DNA of 64,000 nucleotides from Basidiobolus meristosporus CBS 931.73 (Eukaryota; Fungi; Basidiobolomycota), in NCBI GenBank assembly GCA_002104905.1, contig MCFE01000430.1, positions 1-64,000 of the forward strand. The letters are read 5' to 3'. Positions 25,390 through 36,865 of the stretch are shown here, one piece after another. Made by a program: the position numbers and the translations under genes. Position 1 is the first letter of the stretch. Every line of letters begins with the position of its first letter. The notes beneath the pieces were generated by a model, which did not search any database, was not told the DNA's origin, and was given only the letters and a program-made list of their open reading frames with translations.

Positions 25390-27250
25390 CTGTTTGCCCC
25401 ATGGACAAAACTACTTTGACTCAATGCCATAAGAGAAGAGAAAAAAGACCATGTGGCTATTGTGGCAAGCCTCTCAGCCATGAAGCCCGCAGACAGCATA
25501 ACACCCACTGAAACAAATGCCAAGGATACTTTATGGAGCAAAGTGAGCCCAGTAATCCATCAACTGGTGAATGATGTAATGATGTGGCTACAGAAGTGAT
25601 GTGTTTCCACTAATATCATTAATGGGGGGTGTGAGGATTTATTACTACTTCTTGCCAAAATCATACCAGGATGCAACTTACTATGTACATGGTACAAGTG
25701 GACAACTGTCATGCAGCTGGCAACATATGATTCAGAGACTGACCTGATTCCAGCATGTGCTAACAGTTGCATGACCTAAGATTGTTTAAAAAGTAGTTTC
25801 AAGGCAAAAACATATTGTATTTATTCCGCTTTAGGAACACCAGCAAAAGGCATATCACAAACAAGGTTATACTTACTCAAGAGCATAGCATCTTCAACTT
25901 TGGGGTTGTACACCTCATCTTTACCACCAACATAGACAACCTTATTGTTCTTGTTATAGGTACAGGAAGGCCCTTCTAAGGTACAATGTCTCTGGTGAAA
26001 GAATACTTCTTTGGGTCTCCAAGATGTGGTTCCCAAGTAAGAGTTTAAGGAGTACACTTGGAGCAACTATTAGTAGGACCTGAAGATTTAGTAGTACCAG
26101 GAGCCTTAGGAGCTCTAGCAGCAGGCTGTTTTCTAATTTTAATGCCTTCACCAGGGATAATTAGAGCTAAGATTGTTAGTGCATTTGATAGCAGTATAGG
26201 AATCTAAGCCTTCTTTAATAAGTTTGCTGCTAAAATTGAAGTTGGCAAGCTATAAGCCATTTGCCAGAATATGGAATCAATTGGAAACCAGAGATACTTA
26301 AATTAGAGGGTATCTGTTGGAGCAAAAGCTTTACACTGGGAGCAATGCATTTGCTTTTTGGCAGTATCCCTATACTAAAGACCAAGTTGTACATAGGGAG
26401 TTTCAAGCTAAACAGGCCATTCAAGATACCAGAGAAATTTGAAAGAATTGGCAAGATATAACAGAGTATCTGATACCCTAGGTACTTCTCACGGGCTCCA
26501 ATAAATATTCATATGCATATGCAACAATACAAATGCAAAGACTAGATGAACTGGATATGTATTACTCAAGTGGTGTTCTGAAGCCATTCCTACCAAGTGT
26601 ACATTGGAAGCATTGGGAATCATATGTGGATATTGTAGGAATATTTATCCAGAAGTGGATCACCAATGCCAACTTGACTCATCTACAGCTGTTGTGTGAG
26701 GAGTTTGTGATGGGATTTGAGCAGCTATACTATAAACATAAAGCTGAACATGTAGATCCCTGCCTCTACTGTATCCATTCACTACTCCATCTTGCATGGT
26801 GTATGGAGAATATTGGGCCTTACTTCACCTTTTAGAAGTTTCCTATGGAGCAGATGTGTGGGGAGATAGGAAGACAAGTCAAGTTGCAGGTACTACCATA
26901 TCCCACACTTATTATGAATACTGCCTTCAGGCCTGTCATCAATGTGATGAGTTGGCACATGGAGGACAGCCAGACAGAGTTGAAGAATACTGAGGACAAA
27001 TGTGCACATGGAGACACCTATGCCTATGGCATTAAGAAGCTAAGCAGCCCCAATGTGTGGGTGATCAGTTAAGTAATGCAAAGTTGGGTTGGGTGCAACA
27101 CACAACTAATTTCTATCAGGAAAGCTCTACCAAGATCTGCCAGATTTCTCATGGTCACAAGCCAACTTCTACACCATTCACTACGGAATTCACACAAACA
27201 TAAGCCAGAGCGCACCTAAATGGGGGACTAGAATCTAACAGGGAGAAGGA
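25390..27250 (+). pseudogene. CACTA/EnSpm-type transposase relic of family D
   Basis: LIPACANSCM at ~25745; LYYK...CIHSLLHLAWCMENIGP...FPMEQMCGEI (26533-26900), typical of CACTA transposase C-terminal regions. Confidence 0.82.
25777..26220 (-). other. Unidentified coding-like insert replacing part of the transposase
   Basis: No homolog elsewhere in the window; ORF 25821-26066 ends in TAA overlapping AATAAA. Confidence 0.45.
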
Positions 27251-29299
27251 ATATATTGGCTAAATACAAAGAAGTTCTTTGCCAATATTCAGGAGGTATT
27301 CATGGCAGAAGTGGCAACAACCAAGCATACATTTGCAAGATGTATATGCTACTAGCAGGACAAGGTATATGGCAACTTTGCAAGTATCACACTAAAAAGC
27401 TGTAAAGTTGAGGAGATAGAAGTATGTCAATTGCGGCAGATGTGCGTGTTTGTAGAGGTTAGTAAGCAGGAGGCCATAGTTTTTTTTGATTCAAACTATA
27501 TGTGGAATACCCAAGGTAGTAGTGGGTAAGCAAATAAAGAAAGGTGATTCTACAGTGGAATATATGAATTGAACAAGGGGAGGTAGAAAAAGGAGATACC
27601 ATTTGGTAAACTGGTACAGTAGCATTATACAGAACTAGCAGTAGGCCATCATACTGCCAATATAATGCCATCAGAGTCTTGCTGTGAGGCCATTAAATAC
27701 CATCAAGCTTCTGGCCATATAATGCAATTGGATGTCCTGGCCACTGGATCCACTTAACATAGTTATAGAGCGCTAAAAGACCTCAACAATACCATGCAAA
27801 TATTGACACAGCACCAATAAAATATTGTCAAGTTTTATCCCTTTATTTGGTTGTAAAATTAGCAAAACACTGTTATGATCTTGTCATAAGATTGTTAGGA
27901 GGGTCAGCAATTTCAAGCTGCTGTTATTATGATGGTCTCTAAACAGGATCATGATGGCTGATTTAGATTGGATCCACTGGCAGGACCAAATTATTTTTCA
28001 TAGGGTAGGCATAATACCACACAGTAGAATATTGATTGCTCTACACTTATTATTGACTCATCCTGCTCCTGGCCTATATCCTGGCCACTTGCTGGTCTTC
28101 AACTAAGGGTACTGCATTTGCAACATTCTCATCTGCCTGAACTTTATGGTTGGCTTGAAGACCTGCAGTGGTTCTCATTTGCTCACTTCACTCAGAGCCT
28201 GAGGGGTCTGCATAATTACCTTTGGTGGGTGCACTGTCAACATGGCCTTTTTTGAATGTAACCCTACTTGGTGCACTCAATGTCAGAGCAAGCTGTTCTC
28301 CCACTGTTCTTCTGCTGCTGTCAACAATGGGGTTTAGTTGAGAACCAGACAACTTGACTATTTTATTTGGCAATATATATATATATATGGGAATGAATAA
28401 AATCAATGGGGAAATAGGGATACATATACATGTGTATGTAGTGCCACAGCTATATTTGAGGTGCTAACTATGGTGGATCATCATTGCATCTAATATTCAT
28501 GTAAGTGCAATGCCTCAAATAAAAGACTGTCTGAAATTTAAAAGAGTATTGAAAAAAGTGATATAGTAGCATTACATTGTAGAGTGTCCAATGAGTAGCA
28601 ACAGAGAAGTGATGTAACAGAGCTAAGTTGCTGAGTGTAAGACTGTTTGCCCATGGGGAGAACCACTTTGATTCAATGTTATTGGAGATTTATCAAGTCA
28701 TTCAAAGCATTCCAGCCTCTTTGACTGATATCCTCAAGAAAGCTAACAGAGTCCATTCTTGAAACTTATGCTTCAGCCCAAAGTATCAGTAGAAGAGGTG
28801 AGCAAGGAAGGGAATGTAACATAACCAACAAAATCTCTTTGCTTTATCCATTTCCAAAAGCCAAAGCACTGGACAATGGCTCAAATAAGAAGCAAGTAGA
28901 TGAAAATAACAAACTAATACAAGAAAGCTGAGCTACAACAGTTGAGCAGCTATGTGTCAAGGAGAAGGGGTGTGCAGGGAACAGTATTTAGAGGCTGTTC
29001 ATTGACTGTGAAGCTTTTGTTGCAGTAATCAGCCTATATTGAGAAAATACTGGTCTGGAAGCCACTACTAGCATGACTGCTCAACTAAATATAAATGATC
29101 ACTCAGCAGCCAATGCTAAAAAACTAACTCATATATTCTATATGCCTGGTGTTGAATCCCCTCTTCCTGTGAGTAAAGCAGGTACCTAGTACCTGAATTC
29201 TTTACATCCTAAGCTCAACATCACAGGTTTGAGTAAATGTTGACTAGAATGAGCTTTGGGCATCAGATATCACAGTTAATTTAAGTTAAAATGCAACCT

Positions 29300-30700
29300 C
29301 ACTTTACTTGTTAATACTAAAGTCACTTAAACTGATGAATTCAGCTAAGAGAAATGGCTCAGGTGGCTAAGTCATTTTGATGAGAGAGAGTGAGCAAATT
29401 GCAGAAGAGTTAGTCTGGCCAGTAATAAAGTACTTGGTTCCAAAAAATTTGTTTCTATCTTGGTGATGTCAACATGGCAAATAAACTTGGACATATTTCA
29501 AGTGCTCAGGAGGCAATGATACTAAGACATCATAAGCTATTGTGCCCCTGAAAATCTGTGGGCCCTTGATTTCACTTTTATATCAGATAAAGGACATTGT
29601 GTGACATTCAATGCTGGCATGACAAGCTTAAAACAAAAGTGCCTCCTAAGCTGATTGACAAGGCTCTGGACATGTTTGAAAGCCTGAAGAGCATTGCAGA
29701 GATACAAATGTAATGCCAATCTAGAGCACTGTGAAGAGACAAAGGTAGGCTAAATTATTTGACAGAGTAAGTGGGTACTGCTCAACTAGTTGTTAACTGT
29801 GGCATAAGACTATTCCACCTATATCACAGCAGAGTGGAATAGCAGAATGCTCAAACAGAGCAACATTAGAGGTGAACAGATCCATACTATCTAATGCCAT
29901 TATGGATTATTAGCATAAGCAAAAATCATTGGATCCTTGGCCACAATGTCATCTGCCACATATCTGACAGAAATACCCTGCCTGTGTACCAAGGAGTAGT
30001 GAAGGGATCATTCTTAGGTACTGTGAAGTAACTGAAAGGTAAAAATGCATAATGGCAAAATTTAGCAGCTAGGATGGTGTATCTGAGGAGAACTAACATA
30101 TGAAAGCCAATGAAATAATTGGTCAGCCATAAGATAACATAATTATAATGAACATGGAAGGAGTATACCAAATACAACCAGACACCAAAGATAGTTGCAC
30201 ATGCTCCTTGTTGTAGCCCATTACCCCATTTGGTGATCCACTGGATTAAAAGACTATCCTGGATCTTTGTAGCCAACATCCAACAATCATAAAGATGTGT
30301 GTCTTGTCTTATGTAGTACACCTAATGGTATATAACTGGCAATGAAAAGTAACAATATTACTATCTAGCAAAAGACTATGCAGGGCAAGTAGCAATTGCT
30401 GTTAAAAGCAAAACAAGGGAGCAAGTAGACTTACCAACTGGGAGAATGCCAATAGGATGTAGACTATAAAACAAGATCCACATAATCTTAAATTGGATTG
30501 TAAATTAGCACAAAGCTACACTTAGACTATGCCAGAACAGGGACTAGAATGAGTGGTACCATTTGCCCTGGTGACCAAATTTAGCTCCAGTAATACAGTT
30601 CTAGCTAAGCAATTAAAAACCTAAAATATCAATATGGCACAATCAGATGGCTTTGCTGATCCAAAATGCCCCTATAGAACTTGCACATTTGGAAAACTGC
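29300..30700 (+). pseudogene. pol: Highly degenerate copia-B-like integrase/RT relic
   Basis: SQQSGIAECSNRA (~29830) resembles PQQNGVAERANR; 30410-30600 resembles KTWELVDLP...PIGC. Confidence 0.6.
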
Positions 30701-30716
30701 AATGTGATCTTGAATA

Positions 30717-31660
30717 TGTTGCAATATAAGAAGTGATTTGGATACAAGTAGCTAATCAAGAAATAGTAACAACAGTTGAACTGTTGTATTTGCATTAAGA
30801 GGATCAGTATATATACCATTGTAGAAGTAATACAGCTGTTGCACTGGGTAAGGAGGGTTTCCTAACATTAATAAGCATTCTTAAACAGTTTCATGATGAG
30901 TACATAATTTTTGGTAAAAAGTGTTGGTTTGATCTTGACTATAGGGAAATATTCATAGGATCATAGATCTTGAGAAACTGGCAAAGTTGGGGCTGCAAAT
31001 TAGTCCCACAGTGACCAAGACTAGTCTAAACTTGTTAGGTGAATTTTCACCTGCTGAATGATACCAAATGATCCAATATTTCAACACTCCCCCTTAACTA
31101 AGCAATTTTTTTATCCTAATTCCTCTCTGAGATTTGCAAACTTTGGTCTAGCTAGTGGTCTTGTCAATATATCTGCTGACATCCTGTCAGATGGACAGTC
31201 AACAAACTTCAATCAGTTATTTTCTTCAGCTTCCCTCATTAATTGGTGTTGTATATCTATGTTCTTAGATCTGGCATGCTTAGTAGGATTCCTGGCTAAT
31301 GAAATACAACTTTAATTACCTTTGTGCGTGCATAATGATTTATCTGAATTAAAGCCTAAGTGTTTGAATAAATCTATAACCATATAGCCTGCTTAGTTGC
31401 TTGGCAAGCAGCCATATATTTAGTTTCAGTTGTTGATAGGGCCACAATACGTTGTTTCATTCAATTCCAAGTCACAGCTTCACCTGCATAAATAAATAAA
31501 TACCAGTGGTAGAGCATCTGTGAATCAGATCTTAACCCCAATCTGAGTCACTATAAACATCAAGTTCTTGCCAATTATATACTCCAGAGTATTCTTGTTC
31601 AATATTTGTAGTACCTTGTAGATATCTGAAAATCTGCTTAACAAAGCCAACACCTTGTAG
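30717..31660 (-). mobile_element. 3' end of an old copia-B (RNase H, PPT, LTR 30717-31086)
   Basis: Homologous to 36866-37780. Confidence 0.85.
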
Positions 31661-31661
31661 T

Positions 31662-32470
31662 GAGACCTAGCCTATGAGACTGCCTCTCAGATGCTCAAGA
31701 GTGAGCTTGCTAAGCTGTGAAGCTTAAGAATCCCAGACTTCACAAAAGAGTTTGCTCAGTGCATAGATGCTTCAGACTATGCAATTGGTGGAGTGCTGAG
31801 CCAATAACATGAGGGAAAGGACTACCCAGTTACATTTGAGTCCAAGAAACTGAACTCAGCAGAACCAGACTATCCAGTTCACAAGAAGGAGATGCTTGCC
31901 TTAATACACTATTTAAAGACCTGTAGATGCTACATTGAAGGAGTCAAGTGCACTTTGCAGACTAATCATACCTCACTGAAAAAGAATGACAAGATGGAGT
32001 CAGTACTTTCAACAATTTGACTCAGAGATTGCCTACTGCCCTGAAAAAACAATACAGTTGCTGATGCCCTATCAAGATTAGAGAAGTTGGACAACTCAGT
32101 TTGGTGCATGAATCAGATTGGCCTAGCTTATTACCAATGTACCTGAAGGACCAAGCCATTACTAATGAGATGGATGAGGAGATCAAGAAGAAAATTTAAA
32201 ATGAAGCCAGCAAATATGTGGTATAGGATGAAGCACTGTACCAAATTGTTAATGGAAGCCCTATTGCCTATTGCCCTTACATTGCATGACTGGATTTAAT
32301 ACATAATCAACACAATGGATATGGACAACTCTGAATTGAAGGAACCTATAGCCTTGTGAAAGCCAGAGCATACTGGCCCAGAATGAAGCAAGATACTGGG
32401 AAGCTAGTGAAAGCATGCCTAAATTACCATATCAACCAAGACCAACCACAGAGAATTGCTGAACTCTTTC
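31662..32470 (+). pseudogene. pol: Ty3/gypsy RNase H and integrase Zn-finger relic
   Basis: Manual translation gives RIPDFTKEF...DASDYAIGGVLSQ...FESKKLNSAEPDYPVHKKEMLA, then YWPRMKQD...VKAC. Confidence 0.8.
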
Positions 32471-32479
32471 CCCTGGAGG

Positions 32480-35356
32480 CTGTAGTCTAGGATTCTTAAG
32501 CTTATTAGCCTTGCAAGTTCATTTTTGAGCATCTGAAAGGCAGTCTCACAAGCTATGTCCCACTTGTGGTTATTGTCTTTCTTGAGGATATCAGTTAAAG
32601 GGGCTGCAATATTTCCAAAGGGCTTGATAAATCTTCAATAATAGTAGACCATTCCAAAGAATGATCTGAGTTCTGCTATGCTATGGGACTGCTTCAGATT
32701 CTTGATAACCTAAACTTGCTTAAGGTCTATGGTTACTCCTGTGCTAGTCACTATGTGTCCCAGATATTCAACATGTTCCTTGAAGAATGCACACTTGAGT
32801 AGCTTGCCATAAAGCTTGTTCTCTCTTAACTTCTTCAAGACCTTTTCAATGTGCACCAAGTGATCCTCCTCTGACTTGCTGTATATCAATACATCCTCTA
32901 GGTAGTTTATGACAAACCTGTCTAAGTAATCAAGGAAGAGAGTCTGCATCAGGGTCAATAATGTTGCAGGGGCATTGGTGAGCCCAAAATGCATGTCTAA
33001 GTACTTGTAATGTCCATATCTGGTCCTGAGTTCTGTCTTAGGGATGTCATCTGGCTTCACCCCAATCTGGTTGTATCCTGACATGAGGTCAATCTTGCTG
33101 AAAATATTGGCTCCATTGAGTTGGTCCAAAAGTTCATCAATCCAAGGTATGGGGTACTTATTCTCCACAGTAACTGAGTTGAGGGCTCTGTAGCCAATGC
33201 ACATCCTAAGTGATTCATCATTCTTTTTCACATAAAGTACTGGAGCTCCCCAAGGTGACTTGCTAGGTTTTATCTATCCTTGCTCCAGTTACTAATCTAT
33301 TTGTCTCTTCATCTCTTCCAACCCCAACTGACTCATTCTGCTTGGTGTTTTACCCACTGGAGGGCTATATCCTGTTTCAATGGCATGATCTACATCTCTG
33401 ACTGGTGGTAAGCTTACAAGCTCATTTGGAAATATTTTGGAATGTTATTTCAAAAGAGTCTGGACCTTCTGGGGTACTGGAGTAGAGGAATCCTCCTGTA
33501 ATACTGCCATGAGAAACCTATTGGTGCTTTTTCTTAGTGCTCTACAGAGCTGTGTCTTGCTAAGCTCACTTGTTGCACAAGCACTGGAATTGACTAAGCT
33601 AAATCCAGTCTGCCAGGTAATAGCTCATAAGTCTTGTTGCCCTTCTGGATTTGAGTAGCATGGGTTCTCCCGTTGATTGACGGATTACAACACAATAGCC
33701 AGGTTTTCCAAAGTATAAGGCCAAACTTGCAGTTCCTAAGTATATAGGCCTGTAGAACTTCTTCATAGTCATTGTTCTTCATCCTGACTGGCTGAGTTGT
33801 ATGGGTGAATATGTGAAAGTTCCTATCAGCTGTTGAGACTGCAGTTGATATGGTGGGTTCCAAGTTGATTCCAGCTTTCAAAGCAAACTGCTCCAGCATG
33901 TACTCATGCAATGCTCCTGAGTCAATCATGATCTTGGCAGGTGCTCCATTGATTACTCCATACAAGTACAATAGTTTTCCAGAGTTTGAGGTCATCTGGG
34001 ACTGGTATTTTTCTGTTGTATGGAAGGTGAGCTCTGATTGTTCTTCAAGTTCATCTTCCATGTTACAATGCTCCAGGGCTTCAATATGGTTAAAGTTCTT
34101 GATGGCTGGTGTCCATTTCTTTTCTGAGGGCAGTACTTTGCAATATGTCCCTGCTGGTGGCAACTAAAGCAAAGACCTTTCTCCTTACATACTTCTGAGG
34201 CAGAATTCTTGCGCATAGTGTCTATTTGCATTGGCACTGCTTCTGATTGACTTCTTTCATAGTGATTGTAGCCTCCCTGATTAGTCATTGTGGGCTTCCC
34301 AGCTCCAAAGATATCTGAGTCACAGTCAATGGCAATCTTGATGGCTTCTCCAATAGTCTGAGGTTGTTGATAAGTCACTTCCTTACAAGTTCATTCTTTC
34401 AACCTATCAATAAAGTATTCAACTTGATCCAGAGGGCCCATTCATTCTATTTGTCCAAGTAGACATCTATATTCATAGATGTACTCTTGGACCATTCCTT
34501 TATGTCTGAGTTCCTTCAGCTTTCTTCTTATTAGTGCCTGTTGGTGTAGGGGTTCAAAGGCATCCTGAATTTCCAACACAAACTCATACCAGGTAAGGAT
34601 TGAAAAGCATCTCATCATGGTGGCTGCCCTGATCTTGATGCAATACCATTGTAAAGCTGCATCTGCTAGGTAATAGGCTGCACAATGTAACTTGCTTTCT
34701 TGTGCAATTCCCTTAGCCTTGAAAGCTTGTTCAATCTGGAAGAGCCAAGCTCCCAGGTTTTCATTGACTCTTTCATGGTACTGATTGACCTTCACACTCA
34801 AGTTGCTCCTGACAGGGTTTTGCTGGCTTTGGGCCATGTTATTCATTCCTTGTTGCTGCTGGCTAAGGATCTGGAGTAACTGCTGCTGCTGGGCAAGGAC
34901 TTGCTGCATAGCATTCTTCCATTCTTGATTTTTGGACATCTTGAGGGAGGCTTCCTCTTTCTTGAAGAGGGAGGATTCAGGTTATTGTTGCTACCAATGT
35001 TACAAGTCTTGGTATAAGAGTTGAAGAGGATAGGGAGTTTAGCTAGTATTGTATTCACTAAAGCTTGAACTGATATTTATTGAGGTTTCACCATCTCCTT
35101 ATATACATTTTGCCAAATCAATTGCTGACTAATTTTATTTCCTAATGTACTCTGTGGCCGATGACTCATTTGATTGCATCATCATCACCTAATAACTTAA
35201 ATGTAATGTCTGTCTGATAAGAATCTGCTGATTTATTTGCTGACTAATGCTACTGATTTGATAGATAATACTGATATATTGTGAAGCTAAACATATAACT
35301 AATTGATTTGACTGAAAACTGATCTAACTCAAATATTCAAGCGGTAGTATATAACA
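32480..35356 (-). mobile_element. 5' half of Ty3/gypsy element H (LTR ~34998-35356, PBS, gag, protease, RT)
   Basis: gag 34442-34939, CFSCHQQGHIAKYC knuckle, IMIDSGA protease, RT 32710-33231 (FSKIDL...FGLTNAPAT...YLEDVLIYS). Outer LTR boundary uncertain. Confidence 0.85.
34989..34996 (-). promoter_or_regulatory. PBS TGGTAGCA (tRNA-iMet 3'-end type)
   Basis: Lies 1 nt after the LTR end TGTAACA on the minus strand; only 8 nt match. Confidence 0.55.
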
Positions 35357-36522
35357 AATCAAAAATATACAACAACTTCAAGTATGACAATACAGAAATA
35401 GTTTATTGGGAGTTTGATATACCAATATAACATACAACTTTCACTAATATCCTCAATCTTAGGTGCAGAGTATACTATAGGCTATGATTCTCACTTCTAA
35501 AGCAGTGTTCTGACCTTCTGTTAGATAATGGGCTCATTCACTTTTATAGCAACTTTTCCTTTTTTGGAAATCACTTTCTGAGAAAATTTCTCCCAATATG
35601 GGAGTTCTGAACTCCTCATTGACCTAAATGGGTGTATTGTAGATGTCTCTAAAGGGGTCTTTAGACCTAAAGGGGTGTCTAGAGAGATGTCTTTAGAGTA
35701 AAGGGGCTTCTTGTAGTGGTCTCTACAGTGGACTTTACACTAAAGGGGTGCCTAAAGGTGTTACTTAAAGGGGTCAATAACAGGGTCTTTAGACTACAGG
35801 GGTGTCCAATGGGGTGTCTTTAGAGTACAGGGGTCTCTTAGAATGGACTTTTCCAACAGAAAAGTGGTAGTTTTCTTTTGAACTTAGAATCAATTCTTGT
35901 GAGCTTTGCAGTCTCTTTACTGATGTAGTACCAGTCAAAGTCAGAATACTCAACAGTGCAAGTGATGCAGGGGAAGTCTTATAACCTTTAAACTAGTAAT
36001 CATAGTGTGGAGATTCTGGAATGAGAGGCTCTCTCTTTATTTTTCAGCTGGGGAAGTCAAATACATGAAAATTCTGAAGGATCAAAGTTTTTAGGCAATT
36101 GCACATGCAATACATGTGATACAAAGCTCAAGTCTTGCAGTGGCACAGATTGAACATAGGCACAGCACATGTAAAATATCTCATGATTTGATTGGCTGGT
36201 TCAAAAGTTACACACAACTGAAGTCATTATAGTAATCCAAGCAAGAGAGGCTTAGTTTATATGATAATTGGACTTTTTTGATCATAACTCCTTGAGCACT
36301 GCCTCAAATGAGCCAAAATCTGAAACATCTGTTGACTACTAAGTGTTCTGCATGACACAATACTCTTGGGTTGATTTCTTGTCAGGGTCTGGAGCATTTG
36401 CCCTTAAAAGTTGGAAATTCATGATGTTTCATTAGTTTGTTACAATAGCAAAAGCAAAATAAAGAAATGAGAGCAATTTTGGCTTTGAGGTATGCAGTAA
36501 TGGAATACTTGACACTACCACA
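35357..36522 (-). repeat. LTR-C as 3' LTR of a gypsy element
   Basis: On minus, PPT TTAGGGGAGACT (36523-36534) precedes TGTGGTAGTG; colinear with solo LTR 18059-19152. Confidence 0.82.
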
Positions 36523-36865
36523 AGTCTCCCCTAACTTTGAAAAATAATACCCTCATGATTACTTCTGACGTGGAACCTCTTTGATCTGTTACCAGGTTGT
36601 GCCAGTGCAAGTGGCAAGCTATCAAGTTCTACTAATTTGTAAGATCCATTTTTGTTTGCCTATATATTCTTGTAGGGACCTGGCCATTGCATATCCAGCT
36701 TAAATGCCTTGTTTCTTAGGCTCTTGGTGTTGTGAAGCAGTATCAATTCACCTACCTCTAGCAATGTTTCTTAGGCATTTTTGAGCGTCAAGGTACTCCT
36801 TGCCAGTCATTATGGATTTCTTTAGGTTTTCCGTTGCATTCTTTTGCAAAGTATAGGCTTGTTGA

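Larger units (their letters stand above)
20772..28005. mobile_element. CACTA/EnSpm-like DNA transposon (family D) with both termini and four nested insertions
   Basis: Left CCCTACAAAAAATTAAT, right AATTATTTTTCATAGGG. The same left end recurs at 43022, 56573 and 61533. ORF2 on minus, transposase on plus. TSD not resolved. Confidence 0.8.

Noticed and set aside
28700-29300. Unassigned sequence
   Set aside because: No ORF, repeat or homology that I could support by eye.
35860-36500. Apparent decayed gene (FQLLRANAPDP..., DFPCITCTVEY...) repeated at 16190-16780 and 18480-19140
   Set aside because: PPT, TG...CA ends and a GCTC TSD show this is LTR-C sequence; no frame stays open between copies.
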